64,000 nucleotides of DNA from Chrysomallon squamiferum (lineage: Eukaryota > Animalia > Mollusca): positions 2,728,001-2,792,000 of the forward strand of contig CM022675.1 of the NCBI GenBank assembly GCA_012295275.1, read 5' to 3'. Numbering within the stretch: position 1 is the first letter of the stretch; every line of letters begins with the position of its first letter. Under the pieces are notes generated by a model. It was not told the DNA's origin and made no database searches. It saw nothing but the letters and a program-made list of their open reading frames with translations. The translations under genes and the position numbers were made by a program. Positions 13,441-32,317 of the stretch are shown in pieces.

Positions 13441-14411
13441 AGTTTATTCGTTTTATTTATTTTAGAGATAGAGGTTATTATATTGGAAACTAGTAACTAC
13501 ATGAATTTCTTCCATTATAAACTATTTCCTGTTTCACACATCTGTTCCTGCTTTGCTCATTTTAGAAAAAAAGTATGCCTTGCCATTACTCAGTTAAACA
13601 GATGCTTGTTATGACAAGAAACAGTAGATATATTCTTCAAAGCCGTTAACGTGAAATATTCTGCATGTAGTTATAGGTTTGTGTTTTGTAGGACATCGTG
13701 TTCAGTGTTAACTACAGAACAACTACAACAACACCACTGGATGCAGCTGAAGAAGTTGTCTCTCCGTGTAAATGTGATTCACACAAACAAGCTGTACATG
13801 GGGAAATCACAGCCAAACAAACGGGAATATACACACTGCTGTTTGACAACACATACTCCAAGTAAGTGTGACATTATACTGACACAGTGACACATAGTAA
13901 GTGTGACATTATAGTGACACATACTGACACATAGTAAGAGAAATATACACACTGCTGTTTGACAACACATACTCCAAGTAAGTGTGACATTATAGTTACA
14001 CATACTGACACATAGTAAGTGTGACATTATAGTGACACATACTGACACACAGTAAGAGGAATATACACACTGCTGTTTGACAACACATACTCCAAGTAAG
14101 TGTGACATTGTACTGACACATACTGACACACAGTAAGTGTGACATTATAGTGACACATACTGACACACAGTAAGAGGAATATACACACTGTTGTTTGACA
14201 ACACATACTCCAAGTAAGTGTGACATTGTAGTGACACAGTGACACATATTGACATAATTGAATAGACCTGGTATACTAGTTTTTTATTAATATTTTTATT
14301 ATTTTTTATTATTTTTATTATTTATGCTGTTTCTTCTTTCTTTCTTGTTTTTCTATTTTCAGACTTACATCGAAAAAGGTACACTACCATCTCAAACTAA
14401 AATTCTCTTGA
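626..14411 (+). CDS. FYCO1: FYVE and coiled-coil domain-containing autophagy adaptor (RUN - coiled coil - FYVE - LIR - GOLD), ~1795 aa, 21 coding exons
   Basis: Manual join: 626-689,1457-1576,2263-2375,2857-2960,3263-3406,3738-3816,4440-4684,4868-6167,6557-8110,8429-8569,8910-8981,9362-9409,9804-9922,10231-10369,10803-10876,11366-11547,11937-12327,12545-12664,13213-13372,13692-13861,14363-14411. All introns GT-AG with consistent phases; total 5388 nt, divisible by 3. RUN motifs [61 protein letters not shown] precedes FYVE (WMD...CLSC...[17 protein letters not shown]...ERACHSC). LIR-like [12 protein letters not shown] end [23 protein letters not shown]. These match recalled human FYCO1 motifs in order. 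Confidence 0.95.
2048..2271 (+). repeat. ~46-bp minisatellite duplicating the FYCO1 exon-3 acceptor
   Basis: Unit ttttagacaagtactgtgtgttgtaatgtaaataaaaagatata, ~4-5 copies; the last copy carries the functional AG|ACAAGTAC. Confidence 0.9.
3950..4439 (+). repeat. (TTAT/TTAC)n low-complexity tract
   Basis: Tetranucleotide-based tract running into the exon-7 acceptor. Confidence 0.9.
4868..6167 (+). CDS. FYCO1: FYCO1 large coiled-coil exon (exon 8)
   Basis: E/K/L/Q-rich heptad sequence in ORF 4767-6176; acceptor ttttcAG ends 4867, donor GTaatt at 6168. Confidence 0.85.
6557..8110 (+). CDS. FYCO1: FYCO1 large coiled-coil exon (exon 9)
   Basis: ORF 6518-8164; acceptor tttaAG ends 6556, donor GTaaat at 8111; phase 0-0. 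Confidence 0.9.
10385..10640 (+). repeat. ~30-bp minisatellite after FYVE exon donor
   Basis: Unit ttgagaaagtcatccattttgtgtaaact, resembling the exon end/donor ctgagaaag-gtaaagtcacc. Confidence 0.8.
10915..11075 (+). repeat. ~21-bp G-rich minisatellite (GAGGGTAGGGT)
   Basis: ~7 copies of aaaggtgagggtagggtga-like unit. Confidence 0.85.
12637..13030 (+). repeat. 55-bp minisatellite made of FYCO1 exon-18 3' end plus donor
   Basis: Unit aac(tt/tc)(g/a)ttacagactgcagtgaca(c/g)caaagtaagtaacatttgtaacatatttat, ~7 copies. Confidence 0.92.
13825..14250 (+). repeat. ~117-bp tandem repeat made of FYCO1 exon-20 3' end plus donor
   Basis: gaatatacacactgctgtttgacaacacatactccaa|gtaagtgtgacatt occurs four times (one exonic plus three intronic). 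Confidence 0.92.
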
Positions 14412-14884
14412 AAAGAATTATTTGAGGGGATGCAACTCATTTCAACAGTAGACAGCTGCAGCTGATTTAATTTGTTTTCAAGAAAAATAAAAATAAATTT
14501 TGTATGTTTGTGTTAAAGCATGTACACTTACAGTAAGGGAGGTAACTGCATATCAAGAAAGACAATTTGATGATTTTTCCGAGATGAGATGAGAATGATT
14601 CTGTTGACATTTGTAAAATTATTTCTAGGGATTAGATTGTTACAAAATAAATATAGCTTCCTTAACAAACATGGCAGGCAGTTTGTAACTATTAGACACT
14701 AAATAGATGTTTTCACATTAAATAGATTGACATTTTTTTTCGCATTAAATAAATGTAAATTGTTTTCATATTAAAAACATTTTTTTTCTTCTTTTTCAAT
14801 TATTCTCATATTTGATAAATTTTTGATTAATTTATAACCAAACAGAAAAAAACAATTGGTTGTTTTAATTGTTATAAGTACATA

Positions 14885-15370
14885 TTTTCTGTGAATAACA
14901 ATTATTTTAATATGAGTATTGATTTTCTGTAAATAGCAATATTTTAATTTGAGTATTTATCGATTTTCTGTAAATAACGATTTATTTTTATTTGAGTATT
15001 TATTGATTTTCTGTAAATAATTTATTTTAATTTGAGTATTTATCGATTTTCTATAAATAACAATTTATTTTAATTTGAGTATTTATCAATTTTCTGTAAA
15101 TAACGATTTATTTTTATTTGAGTATTTATTGATTTTCTGTAAATAATTTATTTTAATTTGAGTATTTATCGATTTTCTATAAATAACAATTTATTTTAAT
15201 TTGAGTATTTATTGATTTTCTGTAAATAACAATTTATTTTAATTTGAGAGTTTATTGATTTTCTGTAATCAACCATTTATTTTAATTTGAGCATTTATTG
15301 ATTTTCTGTAATTAACAATTTATTTTAATTTGAGTATTTACTCATTTTCTTTAAATAACAATTCATTTGA
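14885..15370 (+). repeat. ~37-bp AT-rich minisatellite in or near the FYCO1 3'UTR
   Basis: Unit ttttctgtaaataacaatttattttaatttgagtatttattga. Confidence 0.85.
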
Positions 15371-16414
15371 ATATAAGCAGTCTTTGTTTCTTTATTCTAA
15401 AATCTATTTCTCTGTTAAATGTTTTCAGGTTTAATCTATGCATTGATTTACTAGAAAAAACCATTCCATCCAAGTTATTACTATTATTATTATTATTATT
15501 ATTATTATTTTTTTTTTTTTTAATTTTTTATCTGTGAAATAATTGAAGTGAAAGGTTTTAATGCTGATTTTTTGTTTTATTTTATTTGTTTTTAAACTGC
15601 AAAAAAAATTAGTGTCTTAACTCTTTATATTTCAGTGTACAAAACCAAGTAAATTGTAGCATATTTAATAATAATTTATCTGTTTGATACCAATCACTTA
15701 ACAATAATAATTTTAATAACAACAACAACAATAGTACTAAGTGGATATGTGATGATGATGATGATTGTTGTTGCTGCTGTTGTTGTTATTATTACTAGTA
15801 CTACTACTACTGCTGCTGCAGTATATATATATACTCCATATTGATGTGGTAACCTTTTGTTTTCTTTTATTAATTACAATTTTTCTGTTTATTGATTTGA
15901 TTATACAGAGCATTATTAAAATAATATCTTAATTAACTGTTAATTATTCTAAATAGTTAATTTATATATTCTATTGCTGTTTTTTATTCTATTGTTCTCT
16001 AAAACTAAAATATTAACTGAAATTGTATTTGGAAATGATATGAAGAATCTGGTATTCAATCTGATTCAATACTCTGTGTTATAACTGAGATTTTCTATCA
16101 CATTAAGACATTCGTAGAGAAAGTATTTTCTGTCTAGAAATTAGATAAAGTGAAATAATCATGTAAATCCACTCTGAGCCTATATAAACTTATAAAAATC
16201 TAATACTTTTTTTTTTAAATTGTTATTTTTATGATCCATGTTTGTCTTTCAAGGTGGGTACATTAATAAATATTCTGATTTGTTACTTGGGCTTTGGGTT
16301 GTATTAATAGAGCATATTTTAATTTTTATTATGTGTATTTTATTTATACTCATTTATAATATTTGAATATAAATTTTAATTTATTCTGATCAGTGCTGCT
16401 AAAAGATAATGGAG

Positions 16415-16978
16415 ACATCTCTGACACTCAGACATGTTTTTATACATCTCTGACACTCAGACGTGTTTTTATACATCTCTGACACTCAGACCTGTTTTTA
16501 CACATCTCTGACATTCAGACGTGTTTTTATACATCTCTGACACTCAGACGTGTTTTTACACACCTCTGACAGTCAGACGTGTTTTTCACATCTCTGACAG
16601 TCAGACATGTTTTTATACATCTCTGACACTCAGACGTGTTTTTACACATCTCTGACACTCAGACGTGTTTTTACACACCTCTGACACTCAGACATGTTTT
16701 TACACACCTCTGACACTCGGATGTGTTTTTACACATCTCTGACACTCAGACATGTTTTTACACACCTCTGACACTCAGACGTGTTTTTATACATCTCTGA
16801 TACTCAGGCGTGTTTTTATACATCTCTGATACTCAGATGTGTTTTTATACATCTCTGACACTCAGGCGTGTTTTTATACATCTCTGACACTCAGAGACAT
16901 GACACTCGGACGTGTTTTTTTCGGGATGTTTTTTAAAAACCTCTGACACTCAGACATGTTTTTAAAAATCTCTGATAC
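16415..16978 (+). repeat. 28-bp minisatellite
   Basis: Unit acatctctgacactcagacgtgttttt(at/ac), ~19 copies. Confidence 0.92.
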
Positions 16979-17250
16979 TGCTGGGACTGCTATGTTGTTT
17001 TTAACATTTTATTTAAAAGACATTTTACCTATATAATTATGTGTGTATGTTAACAATACTTTTCACCTTAGTTTTATACCAGCACTTTTAGATTGTGAAC
17101 TGAATATCAGTGTTATTAATTCAGCTTTACAAAAGGTTGTGGTATGTATTGTCCTATGTTATATGACGAGATCAGTTTTCTTTCCAGTATTATCATTATA
17201 GAAATATTCCATGTATTTATCTATTAATTTATTATGATTATTATTATTGA

Positions 17251-17293
<43 letters not shown>

Positions 17294-18111
17294 TTATTTA
17301 ACTAAATTTATTTATTTGTTTCTTTATTATTTTTTATGATATATATTTTTAATTTATTTTGTTTACAATTTCAAAAAAAACCTGTTTCATTTACAAACTT
17401 ACAATAGCCTGCAATTTTAAGATTGTTTTCTTCACTTAATAAATTTTGCATTTATTTCACATTGTGTTGTGTGTTATAAACATTTGTATTTAATGGAAGG
17501 ACATCCTCTGTGCTGTATATGGAGGGACAGACACTCTTTGAGTGTATTGTTATTGTTATTGTTATTGTTATATATGAAATTGTATTGGGTAAGTACAGGG
17601 TAAATATTAGGTATTATTTAATAAGTATTGGTAATAATACTACTATACTCATTATACTGTATTGTGTAAGTACTCAGTCTGTATTGGAGCAGTAGTTGTT
17701 AAGTGTTTGTTAATGTCATGTAATGTTGGGTAGTACTGAGTTATTATTAGGCAAGTCTTGGGTTGTATTTGTAAGTACTGAACAGATAAAGTTTGGCTAG
17801 TATTTGTTGGTATAGGATAAATACAAGACATGTTTTCATAGTGACATGTAAATGTTGGTAGTATTAGGTATGAATTGGGTTTGTATTGTTTACAAAATTT
17901 AGGAAGTCTTTTGAATGTGACACGGTCAGACATTTACCCGTTAGGTTATCTTTAATATAAATAATGTTTGGGGACAGTTCTAAAAGTTCCAGCATTTCTC
18001 TCTTTCGATTTAAAGAGGGAATTTTTGGTGAGGATTATATAGAAAACAGGAGTTTGTCTTTTAGGGGATGGAAATACAAAGAAAAAAAGAATGAACAGTA
18101 GATTATTTTTT

Positions 18112-18152
18112 TAACCCTAACCCTAATCCTGACCCTAACTACAACCCTAAAG
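18112..18152 (+). repeat. Short degenerate telomere-like (CCCTAA) tract
   Basis: aaccctaaccctaatcctgaccctaactacaaccctaa. Confidence 0.6.
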
Positions 18153-18164
18153 CTAGAACTGACC

Positions 18165-18196
<32 letters not shown>

Positions 18197-19306
18197 CTGA
18201 TTTTACCTATGATGCACAGCTTTCTGTTAGATGTAATGTTAGAAAAAACAGAAACTGTTTTCTTCCTTCTTACTCGAGCAGTGAGAATGTTGTTAAAAAA
18301 CGATGATGATGGTGATAAACAAAAAACAAAACAAATTACGGCGAAAATATGTTTTTGTTTTGTTTTATTAATGTAAAAGACAGTGAAGCAAATATTAATA
18401 CGACAAAAATACCAAAGTAGAAATAATATGCAATGAGACATATATACAATATAATATATATATATATACAAGATACAAAACTAGTTCATACACAAAGTAC
18501 TGACACCCGTGTTCAGTTGAACACTTTCGCGAATGCAGATTATAACTGAAAGCCTCGGCGTTTTCTCCGTTACCATAACACTCGGGAATCTTCGGATTTC
18601 CTCGTCACAACTCGTACATCATCGTTATTGTACTGTAGTAATGTCGCTAATTAAAATTCATTAAATAATTATACTGTGTTTTGTTCTGTGCAGTAAAATT
18701 ATGGAAATTAAAGTATTTTTAAAACAGTAACGAAAAAAAAAGATGAAAAATATTATTATTATTAATCCATTAATAATAGTAAGATACACCATCTGGCATT
18801 ACAATCCGAAAACTGCCGATGCCTTCTGAAGATTCCCGTGTCTATTCTAAAGATTATATTTATAATTATGATATTCATGTATATGTAAAGTAACTAAGTG
18901 ATTTACATTGATATAGGAATATCTAAACACGAATTACAATGAACGTAACTGTTACTATAGAAACATAGCATCACGTGACTGAAAAGATACCAGATGTAGA
19001 AATGACCACAAGTCCACTCATCTCAGTTTTTAAATAATAAACCTCCACAAATAGAAGCATGATCACGTGTCCCAATGAATTGTTCTGAGAAATCGAAAAC
19101 GAAACTAGAACTAATCACGTGACTTTAACTTACTTTTTTTTATTATTATTATTTTTTGTTTTTTCTGTTGTTGTTTTGGGTTTTTTTTTTTTTTTTTTTT
19201 TTTTTTTTGGTAAATATAACTTATTACGACCCGAAGTTGTATTTAATGAAATACCGACATTATTTATTTATTCATTCATTCATTTAGTTATTTATTTATT
19301 TTATTT

Positions 19307-19353
<47 letters not shown>

Positions 19354-19570
19354 ATGTTTGTTTGTTCGTAAAGTAAATAAATCAAAAAAAAAAAAAAAAA
19401 AGAAGAAAAAAAAAAAGGAACAATATCATAAATGCCACACACTCATACCGCATTCACCACGTCTTCGACAGATGATGTGAAGAATTATCTGATTGTTTTT
19501 ACATTTGTTTGTGACTGCAATAACCGTTTAGTTCTTTATTTAAAAGTATCCCTCTAAAGTCAGGAACAGA

Positions 19571-19619
<49 letters not shown>

Positions 19620-19832
19620 AAAATATAAAAATAAAATAAAATGAATAAATAAATAAACTAATTTAAAATTAACAAACGAAAGAAACAGAAGAAATAATCT
19701 TAAAATTAAAAAATTAAACAAGCTCAATAACCTTCAAAAATATAATAATAATAAGTTTGTAAATAAGTTTTGTTCTGATTTCATCATATTAAGTACTGCT
19801 AGCTCATTCATCAGGGAATATTTCGCTAAAAT

Positions 19833-25426
<5,594 letters not shown>

Positions 25427-25559
25427 GTTGAATTATGACCAGAAACGACTCGACTCGAATTTCTTCAAATTTTCTTTTTTTCAACAAGACGTCCAGAGAT
25501 TTCTACTCGACAACGGCTTGGCGTCTGCTACGACACTGCCTGCAACGTTGCTCAAGACA

Positions 25560-25730
25560 GCACAGTGGCTCTGACGTCGTTTTTATAGCTGCTGCCACAC
25601 CGAGGTTATTGACACACAATTTCTTGTTCAGTTTCTCATTGCATAGACTTGGCAGTAAAACAAACAGTCATTACTTTCTATGTCGGCTCATTTCATTGGT
25701 CGATTCGTTTCATCAGCGTCTCTGATTGGT
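25560..25730 (-). promoter_or_regulatory. Putative core promoter of the chitin-binding gene (TATA plus two CCAAT boxes)
   Basis: Minus-strand TATAAAAA at ~25581-25588, about 155 nt upstream of ATG 25426; ATTGG on + strand at ~25695 and ~25724; near-CRE TGACGTC at ~25572. Confidence 0.55.
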
Positions 25731-26560
25731 CAAGATAAAACAAATCTGGTGAGCATTTCATTAAGAAACACATCACGTCTTAAATTTACCTGAAGATAAA
25801 TGTTAAGAAATGTTTCTAAATGTAGGTGAAATTTGTCTTAATGGACAACGTCAGCGAAAATAATTAGATTCCAAACTCCTTTTAATAACATCATTAAGTT
25901 TATGCAAAACCAAATAAGAAGAGTTTTAAAAATGACATTTTTTTTACTGGCATAATTCCATCAGAAAAAATTTGAAAAGTTTTATTCAAGACAAAGATAA
26001 ATACAGAACCTGTGGTTTGTTTAATAGGAGTGAACAGTGCTTACATTTTCATCTAATTACTACAACACCCAGTTTTTCTCTTCTTCTTCACAATACAGAT
26101 TTTCAGTATCAGATTTGTTTTAATCATTTGTGACTTGCCATTGAGATAAAATATGTGTAGAAACCTTTGTTTCTGTTTCTTCCATATATCCATCCATCCA
26201 TCCATCTCTCTATCCATCAATCCATCCATCTATCTATCTATCCAACCATCCCTCTATCCATCCATTCATCCATCCATCCATCCATCAATCCATCCATCCA
26301 TCTATCTATCTATCTATCGATTCCTCCTACTTTTTTATATATCTTTCGACCCTTATGACTGTCTATCGGTCAGTCTGTCCAAACACAACCACACATACAC
26401 AGATACGCACGCACGCACGCAAACATACACAGTATAGGCAACTCGTCAAGAAATTATTAGATATTTAAATATTTCACTGTTAATTATACGACAGATGACT
26501 TCTGCAAAGAGAAACGTGACTGTATAAAGCACCTTCTCATAAACAGGAAATATATCTTTA

Positions 26561-26639
<79 letters not shown>

Positions 26640-26947
26640 GATAAACTACTGTTTTGAGTTTTGTCGTGAAGGGGAAATTGTCCAAAGGGTAATAATCCCT
26701 GACTAGAGTAATTTGAATGTAACAAGCTGAGTTAACAAATCAGTTCTTCTGAGACAAGTGTTTAACAGAGCGTTCACTTGACTCTGTAGTACACTCTGCA
26801 ATAAAACACTGATACACGCCCACACAAATAAACATTTATATTATCACTCTCTCTGATTTGAAAATGGTACTTCACAGAAACAACAATACGAAGACGAACT
26901 GGAAGCTAAAACTGCAACAAAAGGAGCAATAACAGTAATAATAATAA

Positions 26948-26978
<31 letters not shown>

Positions 26979-27358
26979 AAGAAGAAGAGTAATAATAATA
27001 ATAATAACAATAATAATAATAACAGAAATAACAATGAAACGACCAGTTTGGTAGTGGAGTTGTACGAGGCTTGTATGTACAGGGGCAATGTTGACTTTAT
27101 CACGAACATGAAAATGTTTATCCTGATTAGGCTGCACGTTTGTTTCTGTCTACCTGCACACAGCACTGCAACGCGTATTTATCTGTTTACAAACACGAAT
27201 AAAAACATGTTTGTGTAATCCAACGTCAAAAGTCGTGTTGCATTAGCACGCGCAGTGGAATGTCGCTTTTCCGGGTCAGTTTATTTAATTATGTTTGACC
27301 ACGAACCGACGTCATTACGAGGTTAAACGTCATTTACCTCACACGCCCTTTAATAACG

Positions 27359-27393
<35 letters not shown>

Positions 27394-27859
27394 TAAGTAA
27401 AAAATAAAAATAAAATAAAATAAAATAAAATAAATAAAGTACAACCAGAAAATATTTATGTACGGAACGGATGTAATTCCCTTCAAAATAAAAATAAGAA
27501 TTTAGAATAAATAAAATAAATGACGTATTAAAGTTAAAAAGTCATTTTATCAGGTTTATCTCACAGTTTCTTGCTGCTTGTATTGTTATTACTTTAAATT
27601 AAATTAAATTAAATTATCCAATAAATAAATAATGCTTGTATCTTTTATATCATTTTGAACTCAACAACTATTCTTTTAAAACACCCATACACACACATTT
27701 GTGTATATGTAAATAATATATATATATATATATATCTGTAGTGATCAGACTCTCTACCTACCTATCTACCTATCTATAATTATGTGTGTGCGTGAGTGTG
27801 TATGTATATATCTACACATATAAATGTATTATCAACAATTACTAAAACTGAAAAAGGAT

Positions 27860-27919
<60 letters not shown>

Positions 27920-27952
27920 AAAACAGTAAATGAACGCAGTAAAAATAGTAAA

Positions 27953-27990
<38 letters not shown>

Positions 27991-28072
27991 CATAGGAAAG
28001 ATCAGGCAGTTTAGTTTCAGATTTGTTTTCAGCATCACGTGACTAGCATAACGCATCATACATCTGACTCAC

Positions 28073-28272
28073 TTTCATCCTTATCATCAGTGCAGTGCAC
28101 GTTCGCTACAGGACAGCGGCTACATCGTCAGTGATCTGTACCCCGAGTACCACCCACACAACGTCCCGACACCCGCCGCCGTAAATACTGTCAGCGAATA
28201 AAAGTGATTTTAACGTTTCAAGTGAAAAACATTTCTGTCGACATTTCGTTTAAACTGTACTGCTCTGAAACG
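28073..28272 (-). repeat. Left arm of ~200-bp inverted repeat (partner 31525-31724)
   Basis: Reverse complement of 31525-31724 with about five substitutions; weaker homology extends to 27910-27947 vs 31741-31780. Confidence 0.95.
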
Positions 28273-28954
28273 ACTTAATAATTGAACCACACGAGGAAAG
28301 TAAAAGAAAAAAAGAAAAACAGAAATAAATAAGAAAAAAAATACGAGACAAATGTGTTGAGACAGAACTAGACGCTTTGACAGGTAAAGGATGTTGTGAC
28401 AGTTGTTATTGTCAGTGCAGTGTATGTCCTGTGTTGTTAAACTCGTGTTCCTGTGTGCACACACAATCCTTGTTTCCGTGTTTTGTTTACATCAAATCTC
28501 TTCTCTTCTGTCAATGAGTGATTCTGCCACACGTCATTTTCATTACGAGCTATTTCCCAATCCAACCAACCTCTCCACAAATGTCATTATTATTTTATTT
28601 TATCACCTCTACTAAATAGTAAACACTTATTAATTTGTGTTTGTTTCTCTCACGCGAAGGTAGATATGACACAGTTTTTAAACGCTGTGAAAGTCTTTCT
28701 CCACTGAGGATTTTTTACATTCAAAAAAGATGATTTGTGATAATGTTATGTAAATGACAGGTGAATGTTTTAACAAGGTAAGTACAGGTGTAATTGTTCG
28801 TACAGGTGTACGCACACAGGTAAACACATCTAGCCTGGGTACAAATAGCAGCGACTTTGTCCCTGTAAATAATTTATCACTAATTTCTTTCTGAAACAAA
28901 GTCAATTAACATTTCCGTTCAACGTTCCTCCCTCTGAAAATGTATCATAATTAT

Positions 28955-28979
28955 ATTAATAATAATAATAATAATAATA

Positions 28980-29075
<96 letters not shown>

Positions 29076-29090
29076 GTAATAATAATAATA

Positions 29091-29121
<31 letters not shown>

Positions 29122-29174
29122 TATTAATAATAATAATAATAATGATAATAGTAATAATAATAATAATAATAATA

Positions 29175-29210
<36 letters not shown>
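28955..29210 (+). repeat. (AAT)n microsatellite
   Basis: Long AAT run; many others, e.g. 34-105, 24210-24347, 26561-26639, 34165-34252, 47660-47775, 50538-50620. Confidence 0.95.
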
Positions 29211-30494
29211 GATAAAAAGAAATATAACAAAGATGAAAAAAAGGAATGAACACAATGACAATAATAATAAAAAATTATAATAAAAAGGAAAATAAATAAA
29301 TAGTGAAAGCTGACAAAGAAGAGAAAGAAGAAGATTATTTTATCAGTTGATTTTTAATCAAATTTAAAGTGTCTCTTCGTCCTGCAGTCTGTTCTGTATT
29401 TAGTAATTCATATCTCCTCTGATGACATAGTACATCCAGTTTTCATATTACGTAATAATTCTTTTCTGTCGTTGTAACCAACAGTTTCAATCGGTTGATA
29501 ATCATCAGTATTAAAATGTATTTGAATCTAAACAAATATTATCTGACGTGTTCGGTTTCGTGCGACGGGAAGTTGTAAAGATAAAATTTTACGAAGCTGT
29601 CAGTTTGAGAGAAACGAGGCTCGCTCTTCATTTGACTTGGTAATTCGAAACTGCAGCCGTGTCTCGCGCAAACTCCCGCCGTTTCGTCCACTGTCCACAG
29701 TGAGATGTAATTGTCTTGACCACTGTGTTTGCTAAGAGGGTAAGAGTTTGCTGTGTTTAACTTTTACTCCCTTTTCCCCGTGCGACCTTTGTGTGTGTGA
29801 AAATAATTGACTGCGACGAACGCATATCAAGGTAAATTAACATTATCATGTTAAATATGTCCGCACTCTAGAAAGTAAATCACCAATCATGAGCTCGCTT
29901 CCAGAAAGAAAAAGCTGAAACATATTTGTTTCTTTGACCTGTTAACTTACTGCTTAACCCTAGATTTTGTTTTATTTTATTTTATTTTATTTTATTTTAA
30001 TTAATTAATTAATTTATTTATTTATTAATTATTTTATTATTTATTTATTTATTTAAAATTTTAGCTCATTTTTTCAAGGGGGTGGAAAGGATTTTATAAA
30101 CCAAAGAAGATTTAAGGAAGTTACAGACGAAGTTTAATCATATAAATCAAAACGAATAATATTAATAACATAAATAAAACAGAGAAAGGAAACGCCGACA
30201 AAGAAGGAGAACGATGTTCACTCAGGGATTACCACATTAAGAATAAAATTTATTAAAAGATTGTCCTGTAGGAAGTATCTTTATACCGAAATTTATCTGA
30301 TGTTTGTATTTGTTTCATCCGAACGGAGAGTAAACACAGTATTTACTTTTCAAACAATCACATGTTTACTGAAGACGTTCAGAGAATTTTTCTTTATTAA
30401 CTTCCACTTTATATCGGTGGACTCCCAGACAGCGATTTCCTTTCTGTTATAAATTATCACAGGTTTGAGCTTTAGTGACTCCGCGAGTGTTCAA

Positions 30495-30860
30495 TAAATA
30501 GTCGTATTTGATACGTAGTGGATATATGATAAACAGTGGTATTTGATACGTAGTGGATATATGATAAATAGTGGTATTTGATACGTAGTAGATATATGAT
30601 AAATAGTGGTATTTGATACGTAGTAGATATATGATAAATAGTGGTATTTGATACGTAGTGGATATATGATAAATAGTGGTATTTGATACGTAGTAGATAT
30701 ATGATAAATAGTGGTATTTGATACGTATTGCATATATGATAAATAGTGGTATTTGATACGTAGTGGATATATGATAAATAGCTGGTATTTGATACGTAGT
30801 AGATATAAGATAAATAGCGGGTATTTGATACGTAGTATATATGATGAGTAGTAAGTATTC
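30495..30860 (+). repeat. 35-bp minisatellite
   Basis: Unit gtatttgatacgtagt(g/a)gatatatgataaatagtg, ~10 copies. Confidence 0.92.
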
Positions 30861-31524
30861 AGTATGTAGTAGATATACGATAAGTAATAAGTATGTGGTG
30901 TATTAGCAATGAGCGAATGGTGGGTACTGAGTAAGTGGGTGATAAATAGTGAGTACTGTACTAGACAGTGAGCTGTGAGTCTATGTTGGGTAATAAAGAG
31001 TGAGGTTTTAGAAGTATGTGTAGATGGATGAAATCGAATACTAGTTACACATAAACTACTGTTCGGTAGTAAGTCACTTGATGAATATTTACTTAAATGT
31101 AACAGCTGTATACCATTTTGTAAACTACATCAAAATTCAATATTTATTTTTAATTGCAGAATTAAATTTATCAGGAATTTTAAAAAGTTATATGCAGTTT
31201 TTATGAAGTTATAAGCAGTATATTAATGTGTGTGTGTGTGTGTGTTTGTGCGCGCGCGTGTGTGTGTGTGTGTGGAAATATGTGCATGAACGCGTGTATG
31301 AAAATATGTAAATTATATTACAATTTAGTCGTATGTGTGCGTATACTTGTGTGTATGAACATTTTCATATTATATCCTGTAGTAATTATTCGGAAGTGAA
31401 AATTAACAAACTCTCTTGCGAAACGTCGAAAAGCATTCATGAGGTCAGAGGTCGTTAAATATTTATTATCCAAGTTCTATGTGTTTTCGCTGTGACCTTT
31501 TGTCGTATGGGTTCATTATTATCG

Positions 31525-31724
31525 CGTTTCAGAGCAGTACAGTTTAAACGAAATGTCGACAGAAATGTTTTTTACTTGAAAGGTTAAAATCACTTTTATT
31601 CGCTGACAGTATTTACGGCGGCGGGTGTCGGGACGTTGTGTGGGTGGTACTCGGGGTACAGATCACTGACGAAGTAGCCGCTGTCCTGTAGCGAACGTGC
31701 AGTGCACTGATGATAAGGATGAAT
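31525..31724 (+). repeat. Right arm of ~200-bp inverted repeat (partner 28073-28272)
   Basis: cgtttcagagcagtacag...cggcggcgggtgtcgggacg...gcactgatgataaggatgaa. Confidence 0.95.
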
Positions 31725-31784
31725 GTTTATTTATTTTTTATTTTTACTGCGTTCATTTACCGCTTTGCACGCACACACATATAT

Positions 31785-31838
31785 ACTCTCTCTCTGTCTC
31801 TCTATCTGTCTCTCTTTGTCTCTCTGTCTCTCTCTCTG

Positions 31839-31873
<35 letters not shown>

Positions 31874-31900
31874 GTCTCTCTCTCTGTCTCTCTCAGTCTG

Positions 31901-31999
<99 letters not shown>

Positions 32000-32014
32000 C
32001 TCTCTCTCTCTCTC

Positions 32015-32085
<71 letters not shown>
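31785..32085 (+). repeat. (CT)n microsatellite
   Basis: Long CT run; similar runs at 12340-12407, 48160-48225 and 55345-55623. Confidence 0.95.
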
Positions 32086-32087
<2 letters not shown>

Positions 32088-32317
32088 CCGTCTGTCTCGT
32101 CTGTCTCGCCTATATACAGCTGTTATATAACTGTTTTGTATATAAAACTAATGCACATTACACCTTTTTCAAGTGTTTTTTATGGCTATTGCTGTCTGTA
32201 TTAAATACAAAAAAAAAAAAAAAAGTTTTAAACTCGTTTGTCTGGTAAACATTCAGTATGCTGTGACTGCGTCGGTTAAAAATTGAACGTTTAACTCGCT
32301 TCAGTGTCAGTGTTAAT

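Noticed and set aside
31660-31724. Hammerhead ribozyme or snoRNA in the inverted repeat (CTGACGA, CTGATGA...GAA)
   Set aside because: No stem II/III pairing can be built around the core motifs by eye; an Infernal search would be needed to support it.
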